From: the human T2T-CHM13v2.0 reference genome, Homo sapiens
Length of the DNA stretch: 64,000 nt
Assembly: GCF_009914755.1 (NCBI RefSeq)
Contig: NC_060928.1
Direction: 5' to 3' (one strand)
Shown one piece after another: positions 1 to 14,050 of the stretch. Below the pieces are notes generated by a model. The model saw only the letters and a program-made list of their open reading frames with translations. It was not told the DNA's origin and did not search any database. The translations under genes were made by a program, and so were the position numbers. Within the stretch, counting starts at the first letter, position 1, and the number at the start of each line of letters is the position of its first letter.

Positions 1-143
1 AACAATATGCTTTACTTAGTCTACTAAGTCAAATGTTAATATTATCCAGAAACATCCTCACAGACACATCCAGAATAATGTTTAACCAAATATCTGGGCA
101 CCTTATGGTCCAGGCAAGCTGACACATAAAATTAACCATCACA
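1..143 (-). mobile_element. ERV-L LTR (MLT2C/D-like), 5' end; continues beyond window start
   Basis: Reverse complement begins TGTGATGGTTAATTTTATGTGTCAGCTTG...CCCAGATATTTGGTTAAACATTATTCTGG, the MLT2 LTR start. Confidence 0.85.
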
Positions 144-659
144 CAGAGTTAGCCTGGAAAAATATCTAAAATGAAAAATACTTATTTTTTTCAAGATTCA
201 CATTTCTCTTTATGTTGAGGAAGATAATTGCCGGTAATGATTTATCTAACAAGCAATAGCATACAAAGGTAGGAACTGAATCGGCAGCATGAAGTCCTGA
301 GTTCTAGTTTTTGCTGTGCTGCCAACATTCTGTGTATTTATGGATAAACATGCTCTCTGTCTCTCAGCATTATTTTTATCATCTTTGGAATCTGGTTAAT
401 TGGCCTGGATGATCATTAACTTTCCATTATTTTTGAGATATCTTACAAAATTAGCTCAATTGGAGCAAGAGGCCAATGATGTACACATTTCAGATTTTCT
501 CCGACTGGATGCTGGCCTGCTGCTATTGTCTGTACAAGGCTCAAACATCTCCAATAACATGAATTATTGATGAAATAGCTAGTAATAATAGAGAACTTTC
601 ATATCAGATGCAATGTTATGAATCTTACTATTTCTATCATGTGATTTTTTTCACTACAA

Positions 660-795
660 ATCCAGGACATAGGTGCTTACGCTATCCCCTACATTTTATA
701 GATGAGAAAAAGGGCTCTGGGTCATCAGTTGGTAACTGAACACCAGATTTTCACCAAGGAGTACCCGACTCCAAAGCCTGAGATCTTGAACTCTA
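660..795. mobile_element. MIR SINE fragment
   Basis: cattttatagatgagaaaa...gactccaaagcc matches the MIR core. Confidence 0.55.
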
Positions 796-804
796 GGTTT
801 ATCT

Positions 805-1243
805 GGTGGGTTGAACGATGGTCCCCAAAAAATATGTTCTAACCTTTCCAATGTGTGAACGTGAACTTATTTGAAAAAGGTTGTTCATGGACATAACTAA
901 GTTAAGGATCTCAAGAAGAAATCATACTAGGTTAGGAACAGTTGCTAAGTCTAGTATCACCTGGTTTTATAACAGACAAAGAGGAGGACACACAAGAGAG
1001 AAAACCAGGTAAAGACAGAAGCAGATACTGGACTCATACAGCCTCAAGGCAAGAAACATCTGGAGACACTAGAAGATTGAAGTGGCAATAAAAGATTCTC
1101 ACCTATTGCCTTTGGAGATGTTGTGGCCCTGAGGACATCTTAATTTTAGGTTTCTGTTCTGTAGAATTATGAGAGAATAAATTTCTGTTGTTTTAAGCCA
1201 GTAGGTTTGAGTTAAATTTTTATGTGAACCTGGAATACTGACA
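805..1243 (+). mobile_element. MaLR solo LTR (MLT1C/D-like)
   Basis: Starts tggtgggttgaacgatggtcccca; contains gagaataaatttctgttgttttaagcca; ends in tactgacaca. Confidence 0.8.
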
Positions 1244-2959
1244 CAGCTTGAATCTGGTAGTTCTTCAAAATCATATGAAGCTGTTCTTCAGTGATGACAG
1301 GAGGGCTTGAGTTCACAAAAATTGAGTAACGATGATATTTGTACTCCAGGTCATTTAGTTACCACCAGCCAGTAGAAAACTGTACTTGGCAATGACCAAC
1401 CCACCCTACACCTCCATAGCCCTCAGCTGTGTTAGGGTGACTGCAATCACCCACATGCATGGCAACTGCCTCCGCAAGAGATCCACCGTTCTGTACTGTG
1501 AGCTCACTGAACCTTCCTTATGCTTATCATGGCTCAGAAATTACTGACAAAATATTGCAATGGCTCTGATTTTTTAATTTGAACTGTAAAATACAATATT
1601 AACAAAATCCAAAAAGTTTAAAAATTAAAGAGTTAGTCATCGTGTTTGTGAAGCAGTTCCTTTCTCGGATCATCTGAAAAGTAGATTATAATTATTCAGT
1701 GGAATAGTAGGAAAGTTAAGGCTACAATGCATGTCACCTCTCTAATCTGAAATCTCAGAGTTTTGATGTGTTATTTGGTTTTGTCACAGATATTTGGTTC
1801 AATGGGAAATAATCCTTCCTAGAAATTTATTCTTGGCTAAAAAGTTGCTTTGCTCCTTCTTTGTAATATTAGAAGTCACCAGATTTTGTCAAGTCCCTAG
1901 GTGAAGAGGGCTTTAATTCTGAGAAATCCCATAAAAGCTTAGTATAAGTACAGTGAGAACATAAATCTACATAAATCTTAGCAAATAAAATAATCTCAAA
2001 GGTACAATTTCCTAGTCTGTAAAAAGAATATGGAAACGACACCTACCTTGTAGGAATCTTTGCAAGATAACTTTGAAAATTAGGTGATACCTAATACAGT
2101 TCTTGGAACAGAGACGTATAGCCCATATTGCTTTTATTTTTGCTAGTGGCTTTAAATAAACTTGAAATAGATTTTCTTTTTCAATCTCATCTGGTTTATA
2201 TGTTTTCTTAAGTACATGTTTCTTATAAATAGTTTTTTAGAAAAACATTATTGTAGGGTATTCTATATGTATTAAACACTTATAAGAATTTTTGTTAGGT
2301 GTTTATTTAGAAAAGATGTCCAATCATTGTTTAATAAGCTGATCATAAAGTCAATACTCTCAATAAGGAAAGATAATGTACTATGGTTAAGTAATAGCTT
2401 TAAATCCATGCATGCTTGGTTAAATCAAGAATATTTTTATTTGGCTCTATACAGGAAACAAATGGACCTTGTTCCTTTTAAATCCCAAGGAGTACATGCA
2501 ATTGAAGATTATCCGTGATTTTCTCATTTTGCTGAGCTTTTCAGCAGAGTCTATTTTATTCAGGTTTGGGAAAAGGATTGTTCACAAGGGAAGAAGGATT
2601 TCTTTGATTTACTATTTTGCTATGATTTAATGATGAAAATAACATATTTAGTTAATTAAGTTTTTGAAAGATCGGCTTTTCCCCTTCTTCTTTCTTTAGC
2701 TTCTTTTTCTAAGAAGTACCCACTGAAGACGCTTTTGATAATTCTGTAGAGTCTTTACATCACATTTACCTAGCAAACCTTTTTTTGGTAAACTATAAAA
2801 TTTTCTCTTTTCATTAGTAAACAATGAGTAAAAATGAGTAATTAAGAAATTATATCAGTAAAGTGTCATGGGAAAGCTGTCTTAGCTCTATAACCATAGG
2901 CTTTCTATTGGTGCAAACTGGTTTAACAGGTAACTGGAATCCCTTTATAATCTTTATAA

Positions 2960-3125
2960 TAAGAATAATTAACATTTACTAAATGCATTCTGTTGTCTGA
3001 GAATTTTAATAAAACTTTCTATATATTAACTCATGTAATTCTCATCCTATAGCCATTTAAAAAGTGAGGAAACTGGAGCTCAGAGGATTTACATAATTTG
3101 TCTAAGGTCACACAGTACCAGTTAA
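2960..3125. mobile_element. MIR SINE
   Basis: gaggaaactggagctcagagg...tgtctaaggtcacacag MIR core. Confidence 0.7.
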
Positions 3126-3427
3126 TGAAGAAAACTCAGTTGTTATTACATCTACTAACAAAAATATAGTGATGATATCTAACTTATTAGTAGAGGATGA
3201 TGTCTATTAAGCAAAATGACTCAGACAATGCATTTTTTATATTGTCACTATGTGCTTTTTCAAGTAATATTTCTCACTAAATTGCATGGAAGTTTCCAAA
3301 TGCATGTGTTGGTTCAGCTTAATGTTTTGGTTAAGCTTCACTGACACAGAGCAACATCAACATAATCAATAAGAGCACAACATTTAGAATAAGTTGAGAA
3401 CTCGCAGAGGAAGCTGGCAACCCCTTG

Positions 3428-3935
3428 TTGTCTATTTCTGCATAAAAATTACAACAAAGTTGGAACTTAAAATAATATTCATTTATTTACTCATAGTATT
3501 TGTAGGTTAGGAGTCTGCACAACTCTCCTGGGTCCTCTGCGTCAGAGTCTCTCATGGGGCACCATTCAAAATGTCAGCAAGGGCTAGGGTTTCATTTGCA
3601 GGCTCAAATGGAGAATTTGCTTCCAAACTCATTTGCATGGTTGTATGCATAATTACATTTCACTGGGGCTGTTGGACTGAGAGCCAGAGTTTCTAGCTGA
3701 CTGTTGTCAGGAGGTCATCCTCAGTTTCTTGCTCCATGGGTCTTCTCAACATGTCAACTTGCTTCATTAAATACTCAAGGAAGAGAGTCAGCTACCAAGG
3801 TGGAAATGAGACTCTTTTCTAGTGTAATCATGGAAGTGACATCTCCTAACTTTGAAGAGAAAGAATTATGAAAGGTTGTAGATATGAGGTTACAATAATT
3901 ATTGACGGCTATCTTAGAAGCAATTTGTTACAATT
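3428..3935 (-). mobile_element. MaLR LTR (MLT1E/F-like)
   Basis: ctcatagtatttgtaggttaggagtctg, gggtcctctgc, tgcttccaaactcatt, ggctgttggactgagagcc motifs of reverse MLT1. Confidence 0.7.
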
Positions 3936-4179
3936 CCTTTCCTCTTCTTTTGCCATTTTGCTGTGTTCCAGGAATAATGTGCAGTATTCCTGATGCCTTG
4001 CTGGGAATAAAGAGGGGACAACATTCTTCATTTGGGTTCCCTGTCACTGAAATCTCCTTTCTGGTGCCTGTGATATATTTTTTTCTGGCTCTCTATCCTA
4101 TCCTTTTGGATTGTACAACTTTATACGGATTCACTAGCTATCAACTGTCCATTCTGTTGTCACACTGAGATGAGTCTAT

Positions 4180-6310
<2,131 letters not shown>

Positions 6311-6499
6311 TTGATTTGATTACTTTTTTGTTACTAATATGATTGATATTATTATAATTAAAATTGTCTGGAAGCTGACAACATAGACCCACATCTAATA
6401 CTTTCCCAAGCAAAAGAGGGGGACACAGATGTGAACATTTGAAGTTTCTATCCCAAATTTTGAAAAGTGTTTAAGAATTTACTAGTGGGATAAAGTAGA

Positions 6500-7260
6500 C
6501 ATGAATAAGAAGCACAAATTTTAAAAAATATAAGAGGTTTTTGAAAAACTGTGAGAAGTGCAGGTGACAGATGTGTTGGATACAGCTTGAAAACAGTCTG
6601 TAAAGAGTCATATAAATCATGTTAGAAATTTTGTACTTTCTATTATAAATGACTCTACGTCAATAGGTGTTTCAACATGAGTGCATAAGCATATCTATTT
6701 AACATAAGCAACTCTAATAAGACTTTGCAAGATAGACTGGAGAGAGGAAAGCCTTGTGGCAAAAGAATATAATGTATAGGAAGCTGTTGCACTTCCCTAG
6801 AAGAGGGGCTTTAGATTAATTAAGGGAATTACATTGAAGATGAAGAAGACAAGATAAATTATGCAGATAACTTCTTGGAAAACTCAAGATCTGATAGGAG
6901 TTGGTTGTGTAAAATAGGAAGAGAGAAATGATTTTAAAGCTTCTAGGTTTTGAACTAGAGAGGATGGTGGCATCATTTATCAAATATTCTTTTGGAAGTG
7001 GAGTGGATTTGGGGGTAGAATAATTAGTTTGTATTTTTTCACATTGAGTTTAATATGATTGTTGGAGGTATCTGGCCAGAGTTTTAAAGAGAATGAACTA
7101 CTACCTAGAAAGAACGCAATACATGTACTTAATTCAAAACCTTGGTAATAGATGCAGTCACTCATGGATAACTAAAGTAATTAGAAAAAAATGTAGAAGG
7201 AAACAGGACCAAGGGAAAAATGCTGGGGAATGCTGAGAGTTCAGTGATAGGTAGAGAAAT
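6500..7260 (-). mobile_element. L2 LINE fragment
   Basis: gattttaaagcttctaggttttgaactagagaggatggtggcatcatt resembles the reverse L2 3' region. Confidence 0.55.
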
Positions 7261-8299
7261 AAAACACTGTGATGTTGCTTTAGTGATTATAAGTTCAAGT
7301 TTCACAGAGGAGTGTGTTGTCCAGGAGGAAAAAAAAAATCCCTTTCATCAAAAATGGTATCTAAGAATTTTCCTTCCTTGGGTAGCACAGACATTTTTTT
7401 GTCAATATCAAATAGAAAAATAAAACCTATCACTATTAAAAGAGTAAATCTCTGTGACTATTACTTCAAACACGTTTCAGAACTTGTTGCTTGACTAATA
7501 GAAAGCATTTATGTTGAAAACATGGCTGCTGATACCACTTTTCTACATACAATCAACATTTTGTAAACATCCCCTTTTATTGCAAAAATAAGGGAAAGCA
7601 TTTTCAGTACTGGCAATACATGTTATGTCTAATTGACAGCATGGTAAGCCCGAGTGCTCGAGCTTTGACCGCTGATGCTGGCATGCTGACTCTGTGGGAA
7701 GATGGAAATGATTGTCACATTGTTATTTACTTAGAAGAAGAAATATGAAATGAGTTCCATGACAAATACATATCCAAGAGATGTTTCTGTGTAAGGGAAA
7801 AGAAACAGCTGCTAAGGGGATCCTGATTTGTGGCATAATCAAAACTTGACAATTTCCATATTTATTTGTGAACATTTCCTTCATTGACTTTTAAATGGAC
7901 ATTTATAGAAAGTTTAGTATTTGGGGTAGGAAAAAGTATAAAGTACATGTTGCCAGCTTGGAATGTGAATAAGGAAACAAAAAACACATTAGTCTATCTA
8001 TTTCTTACTTTGTTTAAAGAAAGAGAAGGACATTGAGCATTAGCTATATTATTGAATTAGGGCTCCCTCTGGACCTGTGCATTATCCAACCAGACATATG
8101 TGCTCTGCGTACCTCTTTGCTCTAAACATGACTGTTTTTCTTTTGCTGACTCCATTGCTTCTGGACAAAGTGAATCACTTGTGTTCCAAAAAGATTTACA
8201 ATGGTATGGAATAAGGGAAAATTATGGAGGAAATTTTATCTCTGCTTTCTGTACAACACAGCTAAACTTATTAAAAATGTGCTATAGTCACAGATCATT

Positions 8300-8532
8300 T
8301 CACTGCTCTCTGGCTTAGACACTTCCCTACCTCTGCTTTCCACTGAAACAGCTCTAGCAAGGCTTCTAGTCGTCTCTCCAAGCAGTGGACTTGGTACAAG
8401 ATGTTTCGTGCATTCATCAGTTGACATCTTTCTTATCTTTCCCCTTTGACTTCTATAAAACCATTTATTCTAGTTCCTTCCTTACTCCATGACCACTCCC
8501 AATCTCTCTGTTGCAGCTCTTCTTAGGACAAT
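8300..8532 (+). mobile_element. L2 fragment (host of the THE1 insertion; continues in pieces to ~11640)
   Basis: ccactgaaacagctctagcaagg, cagttgac, tgaccactccc are typical L2 ORF2 remnants. Confidence 0.55.
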
Positions 8533-8874
8533 TGTATTAGTTCGTTCTCATGCTGCTTTAATAAAGACATACCTGAGACGGGGTAATTTATAAAGGAAAG
8601 AGGTTTGATTCTCAGTGCCACAAGGCTGGGGAGGCCTCACAATCATGGCAGAAGGCGAAGGAGGAGCACATCTTACGTGATGGCAGGCGAAAGGGTATGT
8701 GCAGGGGAACTCTCCTTTATAAAACCATCAGATCTCCTGGGACTTACTCACTATCACAGGAACAGCATGGGAAAAACCTGCCTCCATGATTCAATTACCT
8801 TCCAATTGGTCCCTCTCACAACGTGTGGGGATTATTACAATTCAAGTGTAGGGACATAGAGCCAAACCATATCA
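8533..8874 (-). mobile_element. THE1B solo LTR (MaLR)
   Basis: tgtattagt...gcaggggaactctcctttataaaaccatcagatctc...gccaaaccatatca; 5-bp TSD acaat/acatt. Confidence 0.92.
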
Positions 8875-9889
8875 ACATTCAAATGTGATTTGTCTTCAGA
8901 CTCCCATCTTTAAGGCGTTTCTCTCCTGACTCTGCACCACATATTCCTAATGTTCTATGTCCAGGTTCATGACACACATATAAAATTAGAAATTTGGGGA
9001 TGAACACCATATTCAAGGGAATTAAAAGACTAAAATAAAATTTTAAAATCCTGAGCAGTTTTTACAGAGTTAGAATAATGGTATTTCATGATGTAGAAAA
9101 ATCCATAGTCATTGCCCTACTTGAATGAGCACCCTCAATGCAGTTTAGGTAAGAATGTTGTTTCAATTGTACACTCTAATTGATTACCAGATAAATTTCT
9201 AACACATTTTCAGTAATCCCCCCAGTCATTCTTTGGCACTAGACTGACATTATAATAGACCTGTACTTCTTATGGTAAAAATCATCCTGCAAAAAAAAAA
9301 ATCACCATCCTAAAAAAAATTACATAGTACTCCTAGTTCAGTGTTCTGCCTCTTAGAATATTCTGCAGCCAAATAGGTTTTAAACAGATATGCAAGTGCA
9401 GCAAACCTGTGAAAGTGGTTTTGTGGTTCACATATCTACTAGGACCCCCACCTACTTTTCCATGCTTCTGCTAGTCACAGTCTCAGCAGTCTTCAAGGGC
9501 TTACACCTCGTCTTAAGTGCCAATGACTCCCAAAGAGTATTTCCATTTGCCTAGTTAGCATCTCTAAATAGCAGTTTTGCATTCACATCAGGCAAATTTT
9601 AGGTCTGTATTACTTATGACTTGCTCATCACACACACCCACATGTATCCATGGGGTCAGTTTGTAGAACCATCATTCAGCTAAGTGTACATTGAGAAATT
9701 GGGTCATCATTTTAATCTCTTTTATCCTTTAATATCCTGTTATGCTTTTTACTTCCCTCTCCTTATCCTACTCACATTCTGCCTAATCACATACCAGTTA
9801 ATATATCTTATCAATTATACCCATAAATAGTTCTTAAGTTGGAGCTCTGGTTTCTATTTTCATCGTATATCTTATAGTTAATGGACAAA

Positions 9890-10240
9890 ACTGATAACAT
9901 TTTATGACATAGATTAAAAAACTCATATCTTGGAGCTTCTTTATATTTCCCAGACTCACTTGTGGTTAGTGTAGAGGTACTGAACAATACTGGCCAATGG
10001 ACTTTTAATAGAATTAGTGTGTGTCTCTCCTAGCCTGAGAAATTTAAAAGTAGAAGTGCTTCCTCCACAATTATTTTCTTCCTGCCCCATCAGTCTTTCA
10101 GGTTGAATGTGTTCCAGATGCTACAGCTTCAAAAAGGGAGAGGAAATGTCTTCTATAAGTCAGAGATGATGGGAACAACTTCTGAAATGTCAGGGTTTAT
10201 TTGTTACCACAGCATAGCCTAGCCTATTCTGACTAATATA
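9890..10240 (+). mobile_element. Old MaLR LTR (MLT1H/I/J-like)
   Basis: ctggccaatgg...; 3' end tttgttaccacagcatagcctagcctattctgactaata. Confidence 0.7.
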
Positions 10241-10375
10241 CTTTGTAACTAATCTTCTGGTTGTCATATTTTTTCTTTTTAATATGCTCTCTGCACCATT
10301 ACCAGCTATCTTTCTAAATGTGCCTCACTGCACTCTTTTTCTTATATGCCTTAATGGTCCATCATATCTATAAAA

Positions 10376-11509
10376 TGAAGAAGAAATACATAACAGTGCA
10401 GTGGGGCAGGACTGCAGGTGAGAAATGTAGAGAAAATCTTCCCCTTAAAAGTTGATATTTGTGCTGCATCTTGAAATACAAATGTGTATTCCACAGAATA
10501 AGGAAAGGAGCTCTGATAGCACCACTTGTATGCTGTTCCATGGTGAGCAGGTCTATGCAAACCTACTTTAGAAGTCCAATGAAGCTGAGAGGCCAAAGAA
10601 AGAGGCTGGCATATCCAGTTTCTCAAGAAGAAACATTTAATAGGAACTAGTAACAGAGCCCATGTCTGTGTCTCAGGCAAGCAACAAAACAAGATGGTGG
10701 ATCCCCATGCCACTACCCTACAGACTCACAGTATATACACCTTAGGTAAAGGATGATTCTGCAGGGGTGAGTAGAACAATTGAAGTACAATAACATCAAT
10801 GTTGTTTTGGCATGTGCTACAAGAAACAACCAATAAAATAGAAATCTTAGAGGTTTTTCCATAATTGGAGTTAATCAGAAGTCATCATGGTGGATTAGTA
10901 TCCAAGATGGAGTTGCTTTGGTCTTAACAAGGCCCCTCAGGATCTGGCCCGTTATTACTTGAGTCTTGTCTCCTGCAAGCTCTTTGTGTGCTTCTCCAGT
11001 CACATTAAACAAAACACTGGAGTTTATGCTATTTTTTGAGCATATACTATTTCCTTTATTTTTATACATGTAATAGACAAATACATTCTCATTTTAACAA
11101 GTAAACAATATAGAGGCACACAGGGAAAAATGTAAATGTTCCCCATTTCTATCCTTTTTAATCATACACTTTCCATCAGAATTAGAAACTGGTTGGTCTA
11201 TCAACATTTTGTGGTACATTCTTTCGGTTTGCTTTTCATGCACTTACTTCTGTGAATGTACCTATTCACATGTATCCTTTTCTAAAAATAAATGTTATTA
11301 TATTTATACGTAATTCTGCACTTATATACCTTTTGTGCTGGTTCTATTTTGTATTATATTCCCTCTACTTAGAAGCTCCTTTCCTTATTCTGTGGAATAC
11401 ACATTTGTATTTTAAGATGCAGCCCAAATATCAACTTTTAGGGGAAGGTTTTCTCTAGATTTCTCACCTGCAGTCCTGCCCCACTGCACTCTTATATATT
11501 TCTTCTTCA
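10376..11509. repeat. Inverted duplication: 10376-10514 is the reverse complement of 11371-11509
   Basis: Manual alignment gives 8 differences (6 substitutions, 2 single-base indels) over ~139 bp. Confidence 0.92.
10540..10860 (-). mobile_element. ERV1-class LTR fragment (MER-type; subfamily uncertain)
   Basis: gcaggtctatgcaaacctac...gctgagaggccaaagaaagaggctg...atccagtttctca...aacatttaatagg...aagatggtggatcccc. Confidence 0.65.
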
Positions 11510-11932
11510 GAGATCTTATTTAACTTAATATAATTATGGCTGTTTAAACCCCTCAGTAGACTGTGACTTCATTAACTCATTTAGTAGTTTTTCATGCACA
11601 TAGTGGACACTTACCAAACAGTTATATGAATTAAATCCATCATATGTTCAACATACTTCAAAATCTTTTCCTTTACTTATCACTTTGTCTAGTGTTAGAA
11701 AGAATATGAGTTCTATATTTCTTCTTCAGAGATCTTATTTAACTTAATATAATTATGGCTGTTTAAACCCCTCAGTAGACTGTGACTTCATTAACTCATT
11801 TAGTAGTTTTTCATGCACATAGTGGACACTTACCAAACAGTTATATGAATTAAATCCATCATATGTTCAACATACTTCAAAATCTTTTCCTTTACTTATC
11901 ACTTTGTCTAGTGTTAGAAAGAATATGAGTTC
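11495..11932 (+). repeat. Perfect 219-bp tandem duplication (11495-11713 / 11714-11932)
   Basis: Both copies run tatatttcttcttcagagatc...agaaagaatatgagttc; no difference found by eye. Confidence 0.95.
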
Positions 11933-12516
11933 TCTGGCAAGAGGAATTTATTAATAAAATCAAAGTTAAAATAAACACATTTGTGCTATTTAAATTCGGG
12001 GGTTGGGGGTCTGAATACAGTAGTTGGTAAAACCGTTTTCTTCTTTTTTTTTTTTTTTTTTGCTTTTTCTTTTTATCCTATTCAGTCTATTTTCCAGTTG
12101 TAGCTATAACAATTTCATTTCTCCCAAAGTTGAAACTAATCATATATGTATCTCCTGCTTATTATTCTTCATTGAATCCTATGCTTTCAAGTAGACTTCA
12201 AACTTCTTTATATGGGCTATAAGGTCTTTTATGACCTAAACTACTTATGCATTTATCTCTTGCTGCATCTCTTACACAGTCTGTAATACCTTATCAATGA
12301 ACATATTGACTGAAGATTCTATTTACCTGACAGTGTCATGCACTAGAATATGAATACCACAGGACAATCTTTTATTCATTATTATAGACCCAGGGCATAG
12401 TAAGTACATTATAAATGTATACAAATAGCTATTTTCATGAATTAATATATATTTCTATTATACACTGTTAAGTAGTTACCACTTCTTATTTGTTTTGTGC
12501 CATATAAAGAACTAAG

Positions 12517-13850
12517 TGGGAGTGACATTAGCCGAGTGACTGAGTAGGAAGTCCCAGCCCTCATTACACACAAGAAAACAAATTTAATAATATATGCAGT
12601 AAAATACCTTTATGAGATTTTTCAAAAGTCAGTTAAGAAGTTGCAATACTCCAGATGAGCACAGAACTGAGAATAGCTGCATTGAAAAGGATAATAAGAT
12701 AAATTTTACTTTACCCGCATTCACCCCTTGCCCAAGCTGGCACATCTAGTGCCAAGAAAGATCATTTCAGCCTGTAATTTCTCCCTTGAGGAAAAGAGGG
12801 AATGGAACAAGCATCCAATATTGCAAGGCTTTCAATGCACTGTTCTAGGGATCAGTTTCAGTCTCACCTGGCACAGGGCTGAAATGCCTTGAGGCATTTA
12901 AGAACAAAGAAAAGGAATGTAAGTTTTATTGCTGCTGGCATGGCTCTGAGGGATTGGGAAATGCAACATAGCCCTAAAACTTCTCCATCAAGAGGTAGTA
13001 AGACAGTGGAATGTGTATCTAACATCTCAGCCTTTCCGAATATGGCCATAGGGAAAAAGGGGCAGGCAGTTTAGAGAAACCAGCATGACTCTGTAAAAAT
13101 GAGAGAGGTCCCGCAACCTTGAGACTTGTTCCTCAGGATGGAGGAAGATAATTGGAGCATACATATCCATGGAAAGGTTTTGAAAGGCTCCCAGATTATT
13201 TAGCTGGGCTAATTTGGCAAAGGGCTTTCCTGTCAAAATCAGTCAGTAAAGTACAGGGAATGCAGCTGTTTCTTGAAATATACAGACACCAGTGCAAATC
13301 TAGAAGGAACAAACATTGGGGAAATATGACAAACCAAAGGAAAAAGAAAACTCTTGTAACTGACCCTAAAGAAACGGAGACCTATGAATTGCCAGACAAA
13401 TAATTCAAAATAATTATCTTAAAGGAGATAGGTGATTTACAAGACAATACAGATAAACAACTACACAAAATCAGAAAAATGATATATGAATAGAGAATAT
13501 CAACAGACAGAAATCATAAAAAATAACCAAACATATATGTTGGAGCTGAAGAATGCAATAACTAAAGTGAAAATTAAATAGATAGCTTAACAGCACACTT
13601 GATCAAGCAGAAGAAACAATTGGCAAATGCATAAACACGTCACTTAAAATTATTCAGTCAGAAGAATAAAAAGAAAAAATAATTAAAAAGCTTAAAGAAA
13701 ACCTATGGGAATTGTGGGGCGCCAACAAGCACGCCAACATACACATTACAGATATTTCAGAGGAAAAGACAGAGAGAAGGAGAAAGAAAGGTTATTTTAA
13801 AATATAATGGCCAGTGTATTGATTATACCTCAATAAGGTGTTTAAAAGAT
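12517..13850 (+). mobile_element. Old L1 (L1MA/L1M2-like): 5' UTR plus degraded ORF1 N-half, ending in an L1 3'-terminus-like motif
   Basis: Start gggagtgacattagc...gagtaggaagtcccagccctc; ORF1-like peptide NMTNQRKKKTLVTDPKETETYELPDK; ending ttatacctcaataa. Confidence 0.8.
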
Positions 13851-13899
13851 AAAGCATAAGATTTATTTACTAAAACAAGACAAACACAATTCCATTCAA

Positions 13900-14050
13900 T
13901 TTTCTTACCAATCCTGTAATAAAGACCCTATGCCCATTTATAGATGGGGAAATTTAGGCTTAGTGATGTTAAATAAGCTGGTCAGCATCACTAGCTGATA
14001 AGTAGCAAAGCCAGGCTCACCTGAACTCCAACTGGAATTTTACTACCCCT
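13900..14050. mobile_element. MIR SINE
   Basis: cccatttatagatggggaaatttaggcttagtgatgttaaataa...agtagcaaagccagg. Confidence 0.65.
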
